From Lingula anatina (taxonomy: Eukaryota; Animalia; Brachiopoda): 64,000 nt of DNA. A program made the translations under genes and the position numbers. The notes beneath the pieces were generated by a model, which was not told the DNA's origin, made no database searches, and saw only the letters and a program-made list of their open reading frames with translations. Positions 26,047 through 39,279 of the stretch are shown here, one piece after another (the stretch's first letter is position 1; each line of letters starts with the position of its first letter). The stretch lies in NCBI GenBank assembly GCA_051362555.1, contig CM120646.1, positions 20,212,001 through 20,276,000 on the forward strand. The letters are read 5' to 3'.

Positions 26047-26692
26047 AATAATAATAATAATACAAACTGTGTGTATTGTAATTCAGAAATTCAATTTGTT
26101 TTAATTGATAACTAAGAGGCAGTAGTGTGATGAGATGAAATCCCTCAAATACTTGAAAGTGCTTGTGAACACAAGTAACTTGTAATAGTATTTATTTGTG
26201 AATACAAATTAACACACAAGATTTAAATATCATATAAAATGTACTTATTCCATTAACCTTACATTTTAAAATTACCAGTATTATCAACACACAACTGCAT
26301 GACTTCTGACATAGATTATACAGATTGCTTTCTGCAACTCTCAATAATCATTTGTTATTGGCGCACATATATATAAATAAATTAAATCAATCAACATTTT
26401 TTGCACTCATTGAGTATTTAAATTACCATATAAGTGTAGAGTACGTAGTTTACTATCTAGAAAAAAAAAAAAAACTGAACAGATACTTAGTATCTTTTTT
26501 TTAAATTCACATTATGCACCTACCATCATTGTGATGAATCCAGTTGTCTATTTCTACCAATGCCAGCTCACCGTCCCTTTTAATACTGAGGAGGCCCTGA
26601 ACATGGATACTGTGCCTAAAGACCAAGGTTTCTTTACACCAGGAGAGCAAGGTCTGAACCAAGAGGTCCTGGAGTGATGGGATGGGGGCCAT
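23411..26692 (-). CDS. C2H2 zinc-finger protein with 9 fingers and a short conserved N-terminal domain, about 554 aa
   Basis: Exons 26692-26524, 25827-25668, 25098-24929, 24576-23411 (1665 nt, phases 1, 2, 1). Tandem CxxC..HxxxH fingers with HTGE(K/R)P linkers. The 24929 donor (GTGTGT) and the start codon are less certain. Confidence 0.8.
25945..26069. repeat. Two abutting near-perfect palindromes centred on (AAT)n/(ATT)n runs
   Basis: tattttgtagggacagaaa(ata)n...(tat)ntttctgtccctacaaaata, immediately followed by cagtttgta(tta)n(ata)n..tacaaactg. Confidence 0.85.
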
Positions 26693-26875
26693 GTTTTTAT
26701 CTACATCCAGAGCCAAATCTACCTGTAGGCCTATATATTTTTTGGCTTTTCAATTGATTTTGACTGTCAGCTTGGACGGTGGTCTGTCAGCCTGAAAATA
26801 GATATTATCATATATCACTTAGTTATCATTAACTAAATGTCACTGTCTTAGAAGTACGCACGCACTAATTTGCAA

Positions 26876-26876
<1 letters not shown>

Positions 26877-26955
<79 letters not shown>
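26877..26955. repeat. Compound (TG)n(AG)n microsatellite
   Basis: Read directly from the sequence. Confidence 0.95.
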
Positions 26956-26957
<2 letters not shown>

Positions 26958-28522
26958 CTTAAACATGATATATTCTGTATTTAAATTTTAGGCATCCCGA
27001 ATGTAATGCACTGGTTTGTTTGGGTCAAAATAAGGCCTTTCAGAACCATATACGAGTTCTTCATTATTCATGAATCAACGCGAATAGAAAATATTATCAA
27101 GTCCACAGCCAAACTAATAGATAATCATCACCCTGTTATCATACCATCATCACCGGTGTGGTAACCACGCAAAGTGCATATATAATCCACCGATATAACA
27201 TGCTACTCAAGAAAAGCTATTTTTTTAACGGATTGCGACAGCGGAGTAGGCGTAATAACTTATCCTTGATTCTACCAAGGAGTCTGTTGAAACTCCTTGA
27301 TTCTACTGGAGCTACAGATGTTTTCCTCTTTCAGTGTTTCGATAGAAATAAATGTACCGGTAATTCTTTGACGGCTATTTCACAATCAGACGTACACTTT
27401 CGAAATTGAGCATGTTACATTGCCTCTAAGTATTATCAAAACCAATCTAGTGCCCACTCTTTGTCCAATCTGGTAGATGACACTTAGACGAAGCAATCAA
27501 AAAATTTTTTTTGAAAATCGGTCATAGATTGGCAAAAATATACTAATTTGAATACCCTAAATACAGCCGTTTTTAGTTGTTAAGAAGGGTCACTGGAGTT
27601 GTGTAATAATTTCATGTAGTGGATATGTAATTTGGTATTGTAATTTATTGCATTTAGTTTGACTAAAGATATCAGTTGTGAGGTATAATGTTGTTTGAAA
27701 ATCAGTTGGACATAATATAGTGTAACATATGAGACAAAAGCCATTGAATGTTACAAGGGAGCTCTGTTACGGATTTTTCTGTTTTTAAACATAGTTGATT
27801 TCAAGGAGCCCCTGAAAGGAAATATTATGCTTGACAATAACTTTTCTTCAGTAAAATGTGTTTTTAAAGCTATTTCAATACATTAAAATAATTACTGTGT
27901 CCAAATCCATATTTAGTTCAAAATTCCAACAATCCAAAATTGAAACCACATTTTAACACAAAATTTTGTAGCGTCCGTCCCCCTTGTAGCAAAAGGATAG
28001 CAGTTAATCTTTTTTGTAAACCACACTCAGGCACTTATGCATTTCACTACCCATGATAAAATAATAAACCTAAAAGGCCAGTAATACAACACACTGTGGA
28101 TATACCATTTGATTAGTGGTCAAATGTAGCGTCCGTCCCCACCTGTAGCGCCCGTCCCCAATTTGTATTTTTCGCTTTATTAAGGATACACATGCTGAAA
28201 TGGATTTTAATTAAGTATATTTTGTAAATACTCACTATAATCTATCTAATGTAGCCAAAGGTTGTCACAGACGCATTTGGTGCATTACTTGTAATGAATA
28301 AATGGATACATTTAAAACAATGTTATAATATGAAACAATGTTGTTGTTTTTGTTGCTGTGAAACAACACAACAACACTTGAGACGAAGTGACATCACTTG
28401 GTTATAGTTTGGACTAAAACGCCACAGTAAACTTTATCCAAGGTAATAGGTTGTAATGAATTTTGTGCATTTGAGCTTGGAACAATGATGGAGCAACATT
28501 TATGTTTTTATTGTTGCTGAGG

Positions 28523-29383
28523 ATGGGTAAACTAAGTCAAAGTAGAAAAAGAAATGCCATCGAAATAGAACGCATAAGTGAAAGTGCTTTGAAAAAAAGA
28601 AAACGAGAAAAACTCAAGAAAGATCCCGAACGTTTGAAAACTGCCAGAGAAAAGGACAGACTTAGAAAGAAAAAAGAAGAGAAAAGAAGAGACTTAACTT
28701 AATGAACCACCCAACATTAGCAAAAGCTGAAAGAGCAACGGAAACTAATAGAATGAGAAAATTTAGAGAGAAAATCCGAGAACAAACAAAGATCAGTGCT
28801 TTATCAGAAGCAGGTAAAACAAGAGAGAAAAGAAAAAAAAAATACTTTCAGCCCAAAGAGAAAAAACAGAGAGATGAAACTCAGTGAAGAAGCTAAAAAG
28901 AAAGAGGTCATGAGGGTTAAAGCATGGAGACTAAGGGTTCAGTTACAAGATAAAACACCACAAAGTAAAGACTCAAGCCCGTTTTCATCTTCCTCCACTG
29001 AAAAGAGAGCCTTGAAACAAGCAAAGAATGCCCTTCCGAGGTCACCGAGCAGAAAAGCTAAAATTGTAGAAAGGCTAATAAGATCTCCTAGAGTAAACAG
29101 CATATTAGAACAGAAAGGAATTATAGCAAGCAAGGAAACAAGCAGAAAGTTGGAGATGGGGGAGATCCTTATGCAAAGTATGTCAGAGCATATAAAGGAA
29201 ATAAAGTATAAAGGTACAGCATCTGCATCTCAAAATATGGCGTGCAAGGTTTTAACATCAGTGATAAACAAGAAAGGAAAATACAGGGTCAAAAAGAAAC
29301 TCAACAAGTCAGTGGGAATCAGAAGAGGTGTGGGGAAGACGGGCGGTAAATGGTGGACAACTAATACAAGGAAAATAAGAAAT
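28523..29383 (+). pseudogene. Frameshifted N-terminal part of a transposase-like ORF
   Basis: K/R/E-rich segments spread over three frames. The motif ALPRSPSRKAKIVERL resembles the LPxSPxK motif I recall from Sola2-type transposases. No DDE core is left; the ORF is cut at the MITE. Confidence 0.55.
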
Positions 29384-29588
29384 CAGACCACACTACCCAT
29401 TTTCAAGGTGTGTGTCAGTACGCATTTCACAGCATCATACCCCGAACAAATTTTGAGTGGTTATGCAATACTTTCCGACCCCACTGAGAATCATCACTAT
29501 CACATTGCGTACAAGGCAAGAGCGGTGTCGCGTCTGATACTTCAAAGCGCGTACTGATACACACCTTGAAAACTGGTAGTTTGGTCCG
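29384..29588. mobile_element. AT-flanked palindromic MITE
   Basis: ~48-bp inverted repeats cagaccacactacccattttcaaggtgtgtgtcagtacgc / gcgtactgatacacaccttgaaaactggtagtttggtccg. Confidence 0.75.
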
Positions 29589-31399
29589 ATCTACCGGTAA
29601 ATTCAGGATCATTTGGTGCCGAGTCTGGTAGTTGGGTAGGCCTGAATTTGTAATACTTCAGAAAATATCTCTGGATCCGCTTCTGTTATTGATTTGTAAA
29701 TTTGTTGTCGAACTGTTTATTCCTTTTAATACAGTTAATGTTTTGGAATGGGGATGTAAAAATGACATGTTTTGGTGTAGCGTCCGTCCCCAAGTGTGTT
29801 ACATACCAAGTCATGAAATTTTAGCACTCTTTCTTAACATGTTATAGTCATTCTTATGGTCAGGCCTTTGTCATATCAAAATAAGATTTCAAATCATTGA
29901 TGGAATCTCCTGATTTGATCTTAATCACACAACATTTTATTTTTATTTGCAAAAGAAATGTGGCCATGCATCATGAAACCGCACATTTTGGAAAAAAAAT
30001 AGCTCACAGTTGATTGAAATTTTGAGGTTTTCATTGCATGTACAATTCATGTGTATAAAATTATGCTTATTAAAATAAATATTTTCCAGTTATTATGTTT
30101 TATTCATCATGTGAAAGTAACTGACTTGTAAAAATGTAGCGTCCGTCCCCTGTTTGAGACCATCCAGTCATTTTAGTGTCAAACAAAAACAAAGAGAAAC
30201 GGTGCAAAAACATTTGAAGGGATTATGCCCAAGATCTATACCAATGTCCTACTGATATTCAAACCTCTGTTTGGTGAAGTTCATATTTGGTCGAAAGTGG
30301 ACCATAAAGTGTACATCTGATTGTGAAATAGCCGTGACTAAATTTGAAACAAGCTCACATAATCTTCGAATAGCAACATTTAACATTCCAGACAAAAATG
30401 AAAAGAGACTAGAATTTCTCTATTGCTTTATGGATATATACAACTGGATTGCTGACATACATGTGTATATCTGAACATATTTTAATTTAAAAAATCTTAA
30501 TTCATCTATTTATAATCATATAAAAGTTATCTCAACATTATATTTTGAGTACATAACACACAGGTAGTGATATACATGTACATGTAATGCGGTAGTAGTG
30601 ACATAAATGTAACTAGCAGTTCGTAAGCGTTTGTAAAACGCCGTTAGAAGTACATCACAAAGTTGACTTTTAGCACTCTGCTATTCGATTTAAGCAGCTT
30701 GATTTATCTTAACTGAAAAACGCATTGGTGTCTTCTGGACCGTGGAGACAAGCACGTGGTGCCGTTATTAAAGTTAAGCCACGCCACGTCAGATCAAAAT
30801 TCTGCAAGGTGACATAAGATCCCACTTTCCCAGATAAATAGACCGAACTAAATAAATAGAGAATGATATCAAAGCATGGCCTAGATCGTATAGTTATCGG
30901 AATATTTAAACTGACAGCCACACGGCTTTATCAAATGACATAAGAGTTTGATGGTAGGTCACAACATGTGTAGTTGGAACTAATTCTTCTGAACACCGGT
31001 GTGACAAGACTGTGTATCATAGAGAATCATTTCAGGTAATCCTATAGTAAACTTATGATTTTCAAAACAACTGTAGTCCATTTCGCTTGAGCAATTATAG
31101 CTTAGGCACATCTTGCATGTGTCTTGTTTTCATTACTAGGCTTGATCGTTTATGCCGTTGATGTCAAGTATAAGTTTACCTGTTATACAAGTATAGAACG
31201 GATGGAGTGGGATGTGATCTAAGAAAGCGAGCAAATCTTAAATGTTAAATATGAACAAAATTAAAAAACGACCATTTGGTAGGAGTTTAACCATTCATGC
31301 GTAAAGGAGAAATTGAATTTTTTATATCGAATATACTCGTTCGCTTCCGACCGACTGTAACCTGAATACATAATTTCTCTCTATCTTTTAGGTGAGTGC

Positions 31400-34300
31400 A
31401 TGGGAAATATTTTCATGAAGGTAAGTTCTGAAATCCGAAGATATTCCTCAGTCAATTGTCAGACTGCCATAAAAAATGCGGATCGAGGGGCACGTTTGAA
31501 AGGACGAGTGTCACTCAAGATATCCTTTTGGGTGGTGTACTGCATACATTGCCCGTTGAAACGCGGTACAATCATTTTTCAATGTTGGCTGTGGTGGTAT
31601 CAGGGGCGAATAATAGTTGTAAATGACTTAAAATATGTCCATGAATTGATATTTTTGAGTTTAGAGGTCATTAAGGCAATGATAGGCAATTATAACAGAT
31701 TTGAAAACCCCACGAAAATTCGCAAATTTCATTTATTTATTTAATTTTCATACAGAAAACCTGTGCATGATCATTTTCAGTTTTTGTATCAGCGTGATAT
31801 ATCGGCACTTTCATATGGGGGCACATCTAAACATTACTTCTTTGATTTCAGAAACGAGTAGTTATCAACGACATGGAAATACACGAAGGAACAAAACCAA
31901 AATCTAAGTTTTGGAAGCTGAATAGGCTGCAAGGATGGAAACTGGCGACTTTGATTGCTGTGATTATATCGCTTGGTTTGATGCTAGTTATTTTGGTCAC
32001 TTCATCCGGCAACGACAGCCCGTCGCCCACATCGCCCGACACAGACTCTTATTCGGAACTAAAAAAATGCTCCAAGAGTGATTCAATTACCCTGCAGAAC
32101 GAGGACCCTCCCACCGTCTTTGATAGTCTTACAGAGATGGAGATGGTGGCTGTGAGAGACTACCTCCTTTACCAAACAGGATTGCTCTTAAAACCCATAG
32201 AGAAAGCCACAGTAGATTCTAGCTACATCTACCAAATGGGCCTTAGTCTTCCCAATAAAGCGGACGTTCTGAACCACATTGACGGCAACTCACAGAAACC
32301 AGAGAGGCGAGCCAAGGTTGTCCTTGCCCGCGGTGACTTAAACCCACCCCAGATGCAGGAATGGATAGTGTTCCCCCTCCCAAAGCCTACCAGCCACGTG
32401 CTGTACAAGAATCCCTCATACCAGAGAGACCCAATTCCATTATCTGCAAAGATGGTGGACAAGGTACGTAGTAAGTCGCATTTTAACTCCAGTTGCGACC
32501 GATTAACTTAGTACAGTACTATCAGCATACCGTGCGATTACAATGCATGACCATACACGGTCAATCTAATCACTCTGCTGTCCTTCCCACCGTGAGCGTG
32601 ACTAAAAATTATGTCTTCTGCCATGCAAACGGGTGCGGGTAGTTTAAAGTCGTCTTCTATGTTGTTATAAAGTACATGGCATGTACTGAGTCCGTCACAA
32701 CTGGCCTGGAAATGCACCCTAACTAAAGTCTAACATATAATAAGTTATCTTAATGATACAGTTTATTCACCTAGATTATCTTGCCTCCTATCGTGTCCTC
32801 GCCAAGCGGGTTGCGTAAATACCGCATGTGGTAGGCAGCCTTCTTCAAGCAGTACATGTACGAGATTATAGTATCTCTTTATATTTACGTAACCTCTCTG
32901 CAACCCTGTTATCGTTATTAGCAGTGGCGGCTTTACTGAAACAGATAACAGATAGATTGCACGGTTGTTTTACCCCCAAGTGTCTCCTTCATGAATGGGG
33001 CCTTTACTGCAGCTAATATTGCGTCTAAAATAACCGGCTTTCTTGAATGTTTTCTGTGTGCAAAACCGAAAATAAAATACATAAATTTAAATCAATTAAA
33101 ATATTTTTCACTTTTATCAGAAATTAAAAAAAAAATGTCGCTTATTCAAAAACAATATTTCATTAGGATTTCCAGAAATCAAATTTCTAGCCGCTAAGCG
33201 AGAGCTTTTATTGTTTAAACGAATAGGTTCGAATAATTGGTGCGAGCCAAACCTTACTGACAGAAAAAAAAAATTAATTACATTTAATTTGCGCTTTTTA
33301 TGTATATATAACACCATCTTCGATTAATTAAATTAAAACACCACAGGCACGTTTTCCAGTTCATAGTTTAATATCGATATCGATCAACTTAAAGAAATGA
33401 TTATAAACGGGATATTATTTTATATCTTTATTCATCTTCATTTCTGTAAGTTGATCGATATACAGACTTGACATTTAATATGGAATATTTCGGTTTCGAA
33501 GGTATGCCTAGGTGAAAATGCATTCTTTTTTTCACAAACTCCGATCTCATATAAGATATGTGATTGGAGAAGTGTGTAGTCAGGTGTCTCGCTACCAATT
33601 AACTGAATACCAGGTTTGTTGCGCTGCTGCATTATGTAATATGCAGTGATTTAATTGGGTAGTGCTCCTTTGGGCTGGTCAAAGCTTGGGTTTGGCAAAG
33701 CATGGTTCTTTCAAAAAAGTATCCATATGTCGGCAACTACTGCATAGAATAATTTAAAATTTTGCATGCAAGTGGTCTGGTTTGCTGTGTGTAAAATGAG
33801 CTATGCAGTGCTTTACAAATTTGTTTATATGTGGCAGAATGGCGCGAAAAAGACAGGCATTGCCAGACAGATAATTGTGCCAAACGAAACGGTCCGCACA
33901 GTTTTATAAAGTAATGCCCAGACTGATGTACCTACACAGAGGCCACACCCAATGTGTTGAAATCTTACCACCAGGGCACAGGACCCACTGTCTTTCGGGA
34001 TATGCAGTTGCAACTAAACAAAAGCCACCCAGTCCGTTCAGAATGAGGGGTAAATTGCCACCAAAATGCACTTTTCAAGGCCCTTAGCGAACACCAAACT
34101 GGTTTTTGCAGGTTAGAATACCAGACGACCTCCAAGGAACCCACTGTAAACAGCAAAACATCGTTGTATGTTTCTTTAATGAATTGGGGACCTTGACTGT
34201 TTCTGGGTTGAACACTGAAATCTCGTGGCTTTCTGTATTGAGGTCAGATTCCACCTGTACCGCTCAACAGTCAAAACAGAGTTTACAGACATCCAGAAGA

Positions 34301-37300
34301 GGCCAACGACGAAGCGTGTGCCGCATCTAAAGTGACTTAGGTCATTAACAGCGTCAGTATTTGGAGTTGAAATCACATTGGTGCCAAAACACCAATGGTA
34401 GTCATCGACGAAAACCTGAACCAGATCAAATAAAGAAATAATCTGGGAACCATTTGGCTATCATTTGATAGGGGGCAACTTAGGAACAATTTTAGGTTGC
34501 ACGGTGAGATTGCCGGTTCTTACAGAGCACTTTTAAAAGCAGATTACTTACAGAACCAAGGGAATGAGCAGCTACCTTGGTCATCAAAATCACCATATTT
34601 GAACCACATAGACAATATGTGGGTAGGCCATTACTCGCCAAATCAATGGCCTACATGACCTACAACAAAACTGGACCAAATTGGACAGATTTTGACCGAT
34701 GCCTGGAATGTTATTCCAGATTGAACTTTAAAAACCTATCCCAAGGAATCCGTTGCCACTTGAGAGCGCTGGTAGCAGCCAGAAGAGGTCATGCGTAACA
34801 GCGGCCGTTACTGTGACTAGACACTGACATGAGGGTCCTTTCTGGCGCGTGTAACTCCTTTACAGACAATAATTTGGAAAATATGGAGGTCCAAAATATC
34901 TCTTTTAATGGTTGTCGTCTGACATAGAATAGGCAATGTGTTTTTGTTTGCTTCTCTGTCGAATTCCATTAATGAACTGATGTCACAATGACATCAAAGA
35001 GGTAATTTAAAGTTGTTAAAACACGATTTTAATCCTTATTTTAATTTATCAGTCAGCTAAATAGGAAAAAACTGATGAAAAATGATTTGGAAAAAAATAT
35101 TCCATATTAAATGTCAAGTCTGTAGATGCAAACGGTGGCTTAATTTGTGATATTTGAATTTCATTTGTCCTGGCCGAACTTCATTCACGTGACACAGCTA
35201 AATCACATACTTTATATAAATTTGCTTTATTTCAATTTTGAAACACCCCTTCACTTGCGATATGATAGACATAACTTGTGGAAATACGACAAGCAATATT
35301 CACAAGTTCACGTATTCCAGGTGGAAGATAAAGTCCTCAAGGAAATATTACGCAGAGAGATGCAAAAGGCCGAACACGTCTTAAAAGGCAGCTATGGCGT
35401 TGGGTATGTACTGTTTATAATTGTACTATGAAGAGCACATTTAATTCGATAATTCCTTCAAAATTCCACTCAGTTTGTGAAATTCGCTTTTGAAAAGTTG
35501 GGTAAAACATGATTTTGCACTGTTTTATGTAAACTTGGATAAATTGGTCAAACAATGACGATTTTCTTTGGATTTTAATAGTAAAATACTAATCAACTAT
35601 TCGTTAGTTAACCATAAAACCGTCTTTAAAATGTTACATGAAGTAAAAAAAAAAATAATAATAATTCAAAAATAATAAAAAAATAACGTTAATCCCAGCA
35701 AATACCAGAACGTTATTATTGCGTTCCTATCATCCAGTACAAAAAAAAAAAAAAAAAGGTCATGGCAACGTTGTGCAAACGTTATAAAATTACTAATTTG
35801 AATGGTTTATATCACAGATATCACGACTGCTTGGGGACAGAAGGATGCCTGACGTTCTTCGACATAAAACCAGCGGGGTTTGCGAGTGGAGAGAGAAAAT
35901 CTTGGTGGTGGGCCATGAGGGACTTCGAAGGATTCTACCTGTTCCCTGTTGGACTTCAGGTACGGTATCTGACACCAAGTTCACTTTGGTTAAAGAACTT
36001 CGGTTGGCGTTTCGATTGGTAACAGTAATATCTATCTATCTATCTAAGTAGACGCTGTGTTCGTTGATTGGAATGGAATTTTAGACCCCCTTAATTCTAC
36101 AGGTGGCCATGTCGTGTCATTTACACTTAGTGTTCATTCGTAGACTAGTGGGAAAATGGTAATAAAATAAGTCTGAAAGACAAAGGGAATTAACATTTTC
36201 TGACAGATAATTTATCACGCCCTGTTAACTTTTAAAACGGATTTTAGCTGTTTAGGTTCTGGGCACCTGATGATGTCAAACGCAACTTTATAATGACACG
36301 ATGACACTGTCCCCCTTTTCTAGGTCCGGACTAATCATGAAGGCACCAATACTTCCGCTTGGACACTTGACCGAGTATTTTACAACAACACCCTATTCTA
36401 CTCTGTAGAGGAGTGGATCGCTGCATACGACAACGGCATCCACCGCTATATCGACCCTGTGCCAAATAAACGAGAGCGGCAGTACGCCACCTACAACCGA
36501 CGTGGACCACTCCCACTGGACCCTCCCCTTCAAGGCCCACGGGTATATGAACCACAGGGAAGACGGTACAATATCTCGGGATCGAAGGTCAAGTATTTAG
36601 AGTGGGATTTCCATATTCATAACCAAGGGTCAAGTGGAATTAGAGTCTACGACGTCCGTTTCCGAAATGAGCGCATTGCATACGAGATCAGCCTGCAAGA
36701 GGCGGCTGTCATGTACGGAGGTTGGGATCCCCTCATGTCGACAGCTAATTACATGGACGCCTCATGGAACCTTGCCGCGGAGGCATTTGAACTTGTTCCG
36801 GGCGTCGACTGCCCCGAGAACGCAGTTTACTTCGACACCTGGAGCTACTTCAATACGCACGAGCCAAAACGAATGAAAAATTCTTACTGCGTGTTTGAAC
36901 ATAACACTGGGATCCCGCTTCGTCGCCATCACGGTTATAACTACCATGACGGAAGATACACTTACTACGGCGGTATGGTTGACTACGTCTTGGTAGTCCG
37001 CTTCGCGGCTACTGTTTGGAATTACGACTACATCTTCGACTATATCTTCCATCAGAACGGCGTAGTGGAGTGCAGAGCCTCGGCAACTGGCTACGTTCAG
37101 GCCACACATTTCAACACGGAGGATGCACGGTACGGGCACAAGATAGCGCCCCGTGTTCTGGCCGGCATACATACACATTTATTCAACTACAAGGTGGACG
37201 TCGACGTATTAGGCACTGCTAACCGATTTTATACCTACGACATCGAAACTGAGAGCAGATCCGATCTTCCTTGGTACCAGGGGTATCAAAAGGACCAACC

Positions 37301-37907
37301 AAGGTTCACTAAGAACCTTAAACAAACAGAGTGGCAAGCAGCCATACAGTACAAATTTGAAAACCCCAAATACTACGTTTTTCGAAGTAATCAAACCAAT
37401 GCGTACGGAACACCTCGTGGGTTTCGTTTCCAGCTGAATGGGATGGCTAAACAGGTTGTCCCGCCGAGAACAGGGGCGGAACCAGGTTTGTCTTGGTCGA
37501 GATACCAAATTGCCATTACTAAGAGGAAAGACGAAGAAGATTCAAGTACTTCACTGTACAGTCAATGTGACCCCGTCAACCCAGTTGTTAATTTCGAGTC
37601 ATATGTTCAGGACGACGAAAACATTGTCGACGAAGATCTGGTTGCCTGGGTAACGCTTGGTAAACACCATATTCCCCACAGCGAGGACGCTCCTAGCACC
37701 GCTACAACAGGTAACCAGCTGACCTTTCTGCTGCTCCCGTACAACTACTTTGATGAAGACGCCAGTCTGGCGTCGATAGATGGCGTAGTGATACGCCCAA
37801 AGTCGGGATATCAAGGGGCCACGGTAGATAGCAATGGAAGGAACGGTTACATGACTTGCGCTCCTCTCCAACTGAATTTAACATCATACGGTGATATGAA
37901 CTCTTAG
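31400..37907 (+). CDS. Copper-containing amine oxidase (AOC1/AOC3-like, TPQ-dependent), type II membrane-anchored, about 813 aa
   Basis: Exons 31400-31420, 31852-32463, 35321-35403, 35818-35959, 36324-37907 (2442 nt in frame). TM anchor LATLIAVIISLGLMLVILV; TPQ motif TVWNYDY; Cu ligands HTH and HIPHSED; catalytic Asp in NYMDASW. An alternative start at 31873 is possible. Confidence 0.92.
33463..35122 (+). mobile_element. Decayed Tc1/mariner transposon in an amine oxidase intron
   Basis: TIRs CAGACTTGACATTTAATATGGAATATTT with TA TSD. Degenerate Tc1 motifs WLSVLRSDS (W..VLFSDES), PYLNHIDNMW (PDLNPIEN.W) and terminal RALVAARRGHA. Confidence 0.85.
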
Positions 37908-38574
37908 GTTATGCTATTTGCTCTACGCTCAGACCTGTTCATAGAACAGGGTTATTTCCTATGTTCATAGAAGATAGGGAAAGAACCCCTTTGCCCAAGC
38001 TTGTCTACTGGCGTAGTCTAGTGAAGCATTGCGATAAAAAGCAAGCAGGCAAATTGATTAAGTACCTGTAGTAGAAACATCATTACGAATATTTCTGTGG
38101 GCCATTGCAAATTAGTAAAATTATTGCATGACCCCTTTAGGGCATAAAACTAGAAACTGAAACACACTTCTACAGGTATAACTGTCCTTTACGTTTCAAA
38201 TGAGCTCTTACAACCATTTTGTTATTTAGTAGAAATATGTCAATTGATTGAATTTTAATATGAAGACACATTTGAAATTGTGTCACAACCTGTTACTTCA
38301 TTCCCCGGCAAAGATTGCAGCGAACTGTTGATCTACAAGTATAAATAATACACTATATATTGATTGAAGCTAGGATAGACTATATGGAGCCTAGAATGAA
38401 GACACCATCATAGTAAATGAGTAATTACTGTTGAACAGATGATTTTATTTACCTTCTGTTACTTTTCTGTTTCGTCCTTTAATTTGGTACAAATTAGTGA
38501 ACGTTTCACATCAAATGAAATAAGCTGTTTGATGCAAACAATTAAGCTCACGTGTGTACATGCGCCATGCGTTA

Positions 38575-39279
38575 AGCCCTCGTCACACCTATTTGGGAAC
38601 AGTAATCAAGCAGAATGAGCCGGAATGAACAATTTTCAAAATTCGCGCCACATTCTGGAGAAAATTTCAAATTGACCTAAATTCTTGTAAGAATAGCGTT
38701 GGAATACTCAGAAAGCGCTTCGAATCCGCCTGGAAGATTCGTGCACATTTTGGGTGTATTAGCTCCCAAATGTAGCTCGAATGTAGTTAGAACACATCAG
38801 GAATATCGATAATATGCTGTCAGAATGCAGTCAGAATATTTAGAATTCACTTCGAATGCCGTGCGAGTGTTGCTCCATTGCTGGCCAAAATAGGATTTAG
38901 GTAACCATCTAGATGCATTTGAGTTGCAATCCGGCTCATTTGAGGCACATGCAAAATATTCTGGCAGGATTTTAAGAGTCTTGCCATTTCGGTTCTCCCT
39001 CGAATGCGATCAGAATGTTTCGAATGCTGTTGGAATGTTGTAAGAATATTAAGAATGCACTCATAGTGCAGGTAGAATGCACTTCGAATGCCATTCGACA
39101 TTTCTCCACTTGGGATGCACTTGGAAAGTTTCGAGCATGAGCAAAACATTCGGGCCGGACACAAAAATGGGCCCAAAAATTTGGAATGCACTCAGAATTT
39201 TTAGGAATTACCAGGAATATACTAAGAATTTTGATTCCTACTACATTCTAGCTCATTCCGCCTCTAGTGTGACAGGTGT
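38575..39279. mobile_element. Harbinger-type MITE with GAAT-rich interior
   Basis: Termini AGCCCTCGTCACAC / GTGTGACAGGTGT. Related sequence lies at 40387-41033. Confidence 0.65.

Larger units (their letters stand above)
27371..30335 (+). mobile_element. Internally deleted DNA transposon, tentatively Sola2-like
   Basis: 30-bp TIRs ACGGCTATTTCACAATCAGACGTACACTTT / AAAGTGTACATCTGATTGTGAAATAGCCGT. Motif TGTAGCG(T/C)CCGTCCCC recurs five times (about 27968, 28125, 28144, 29777, 30136). Internal basic ORF remnant. No clear TSD. Confidence 0.7.

Noticed and set aside
28796-29557. 253-aa basic ORF as a host gene
   Set aside because: It is frameshifted relative to upstream segments, lies inside TIRs, and its C-terminus is read-through into a MITE.
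36634-37887. Several overlapping and antisense ORFs in the amine oxidase last exon, and likewise within the ZNF, NXPE and LamG exons
   Set aside because: Shadow ORFs caused by codon bias of the real CDS.
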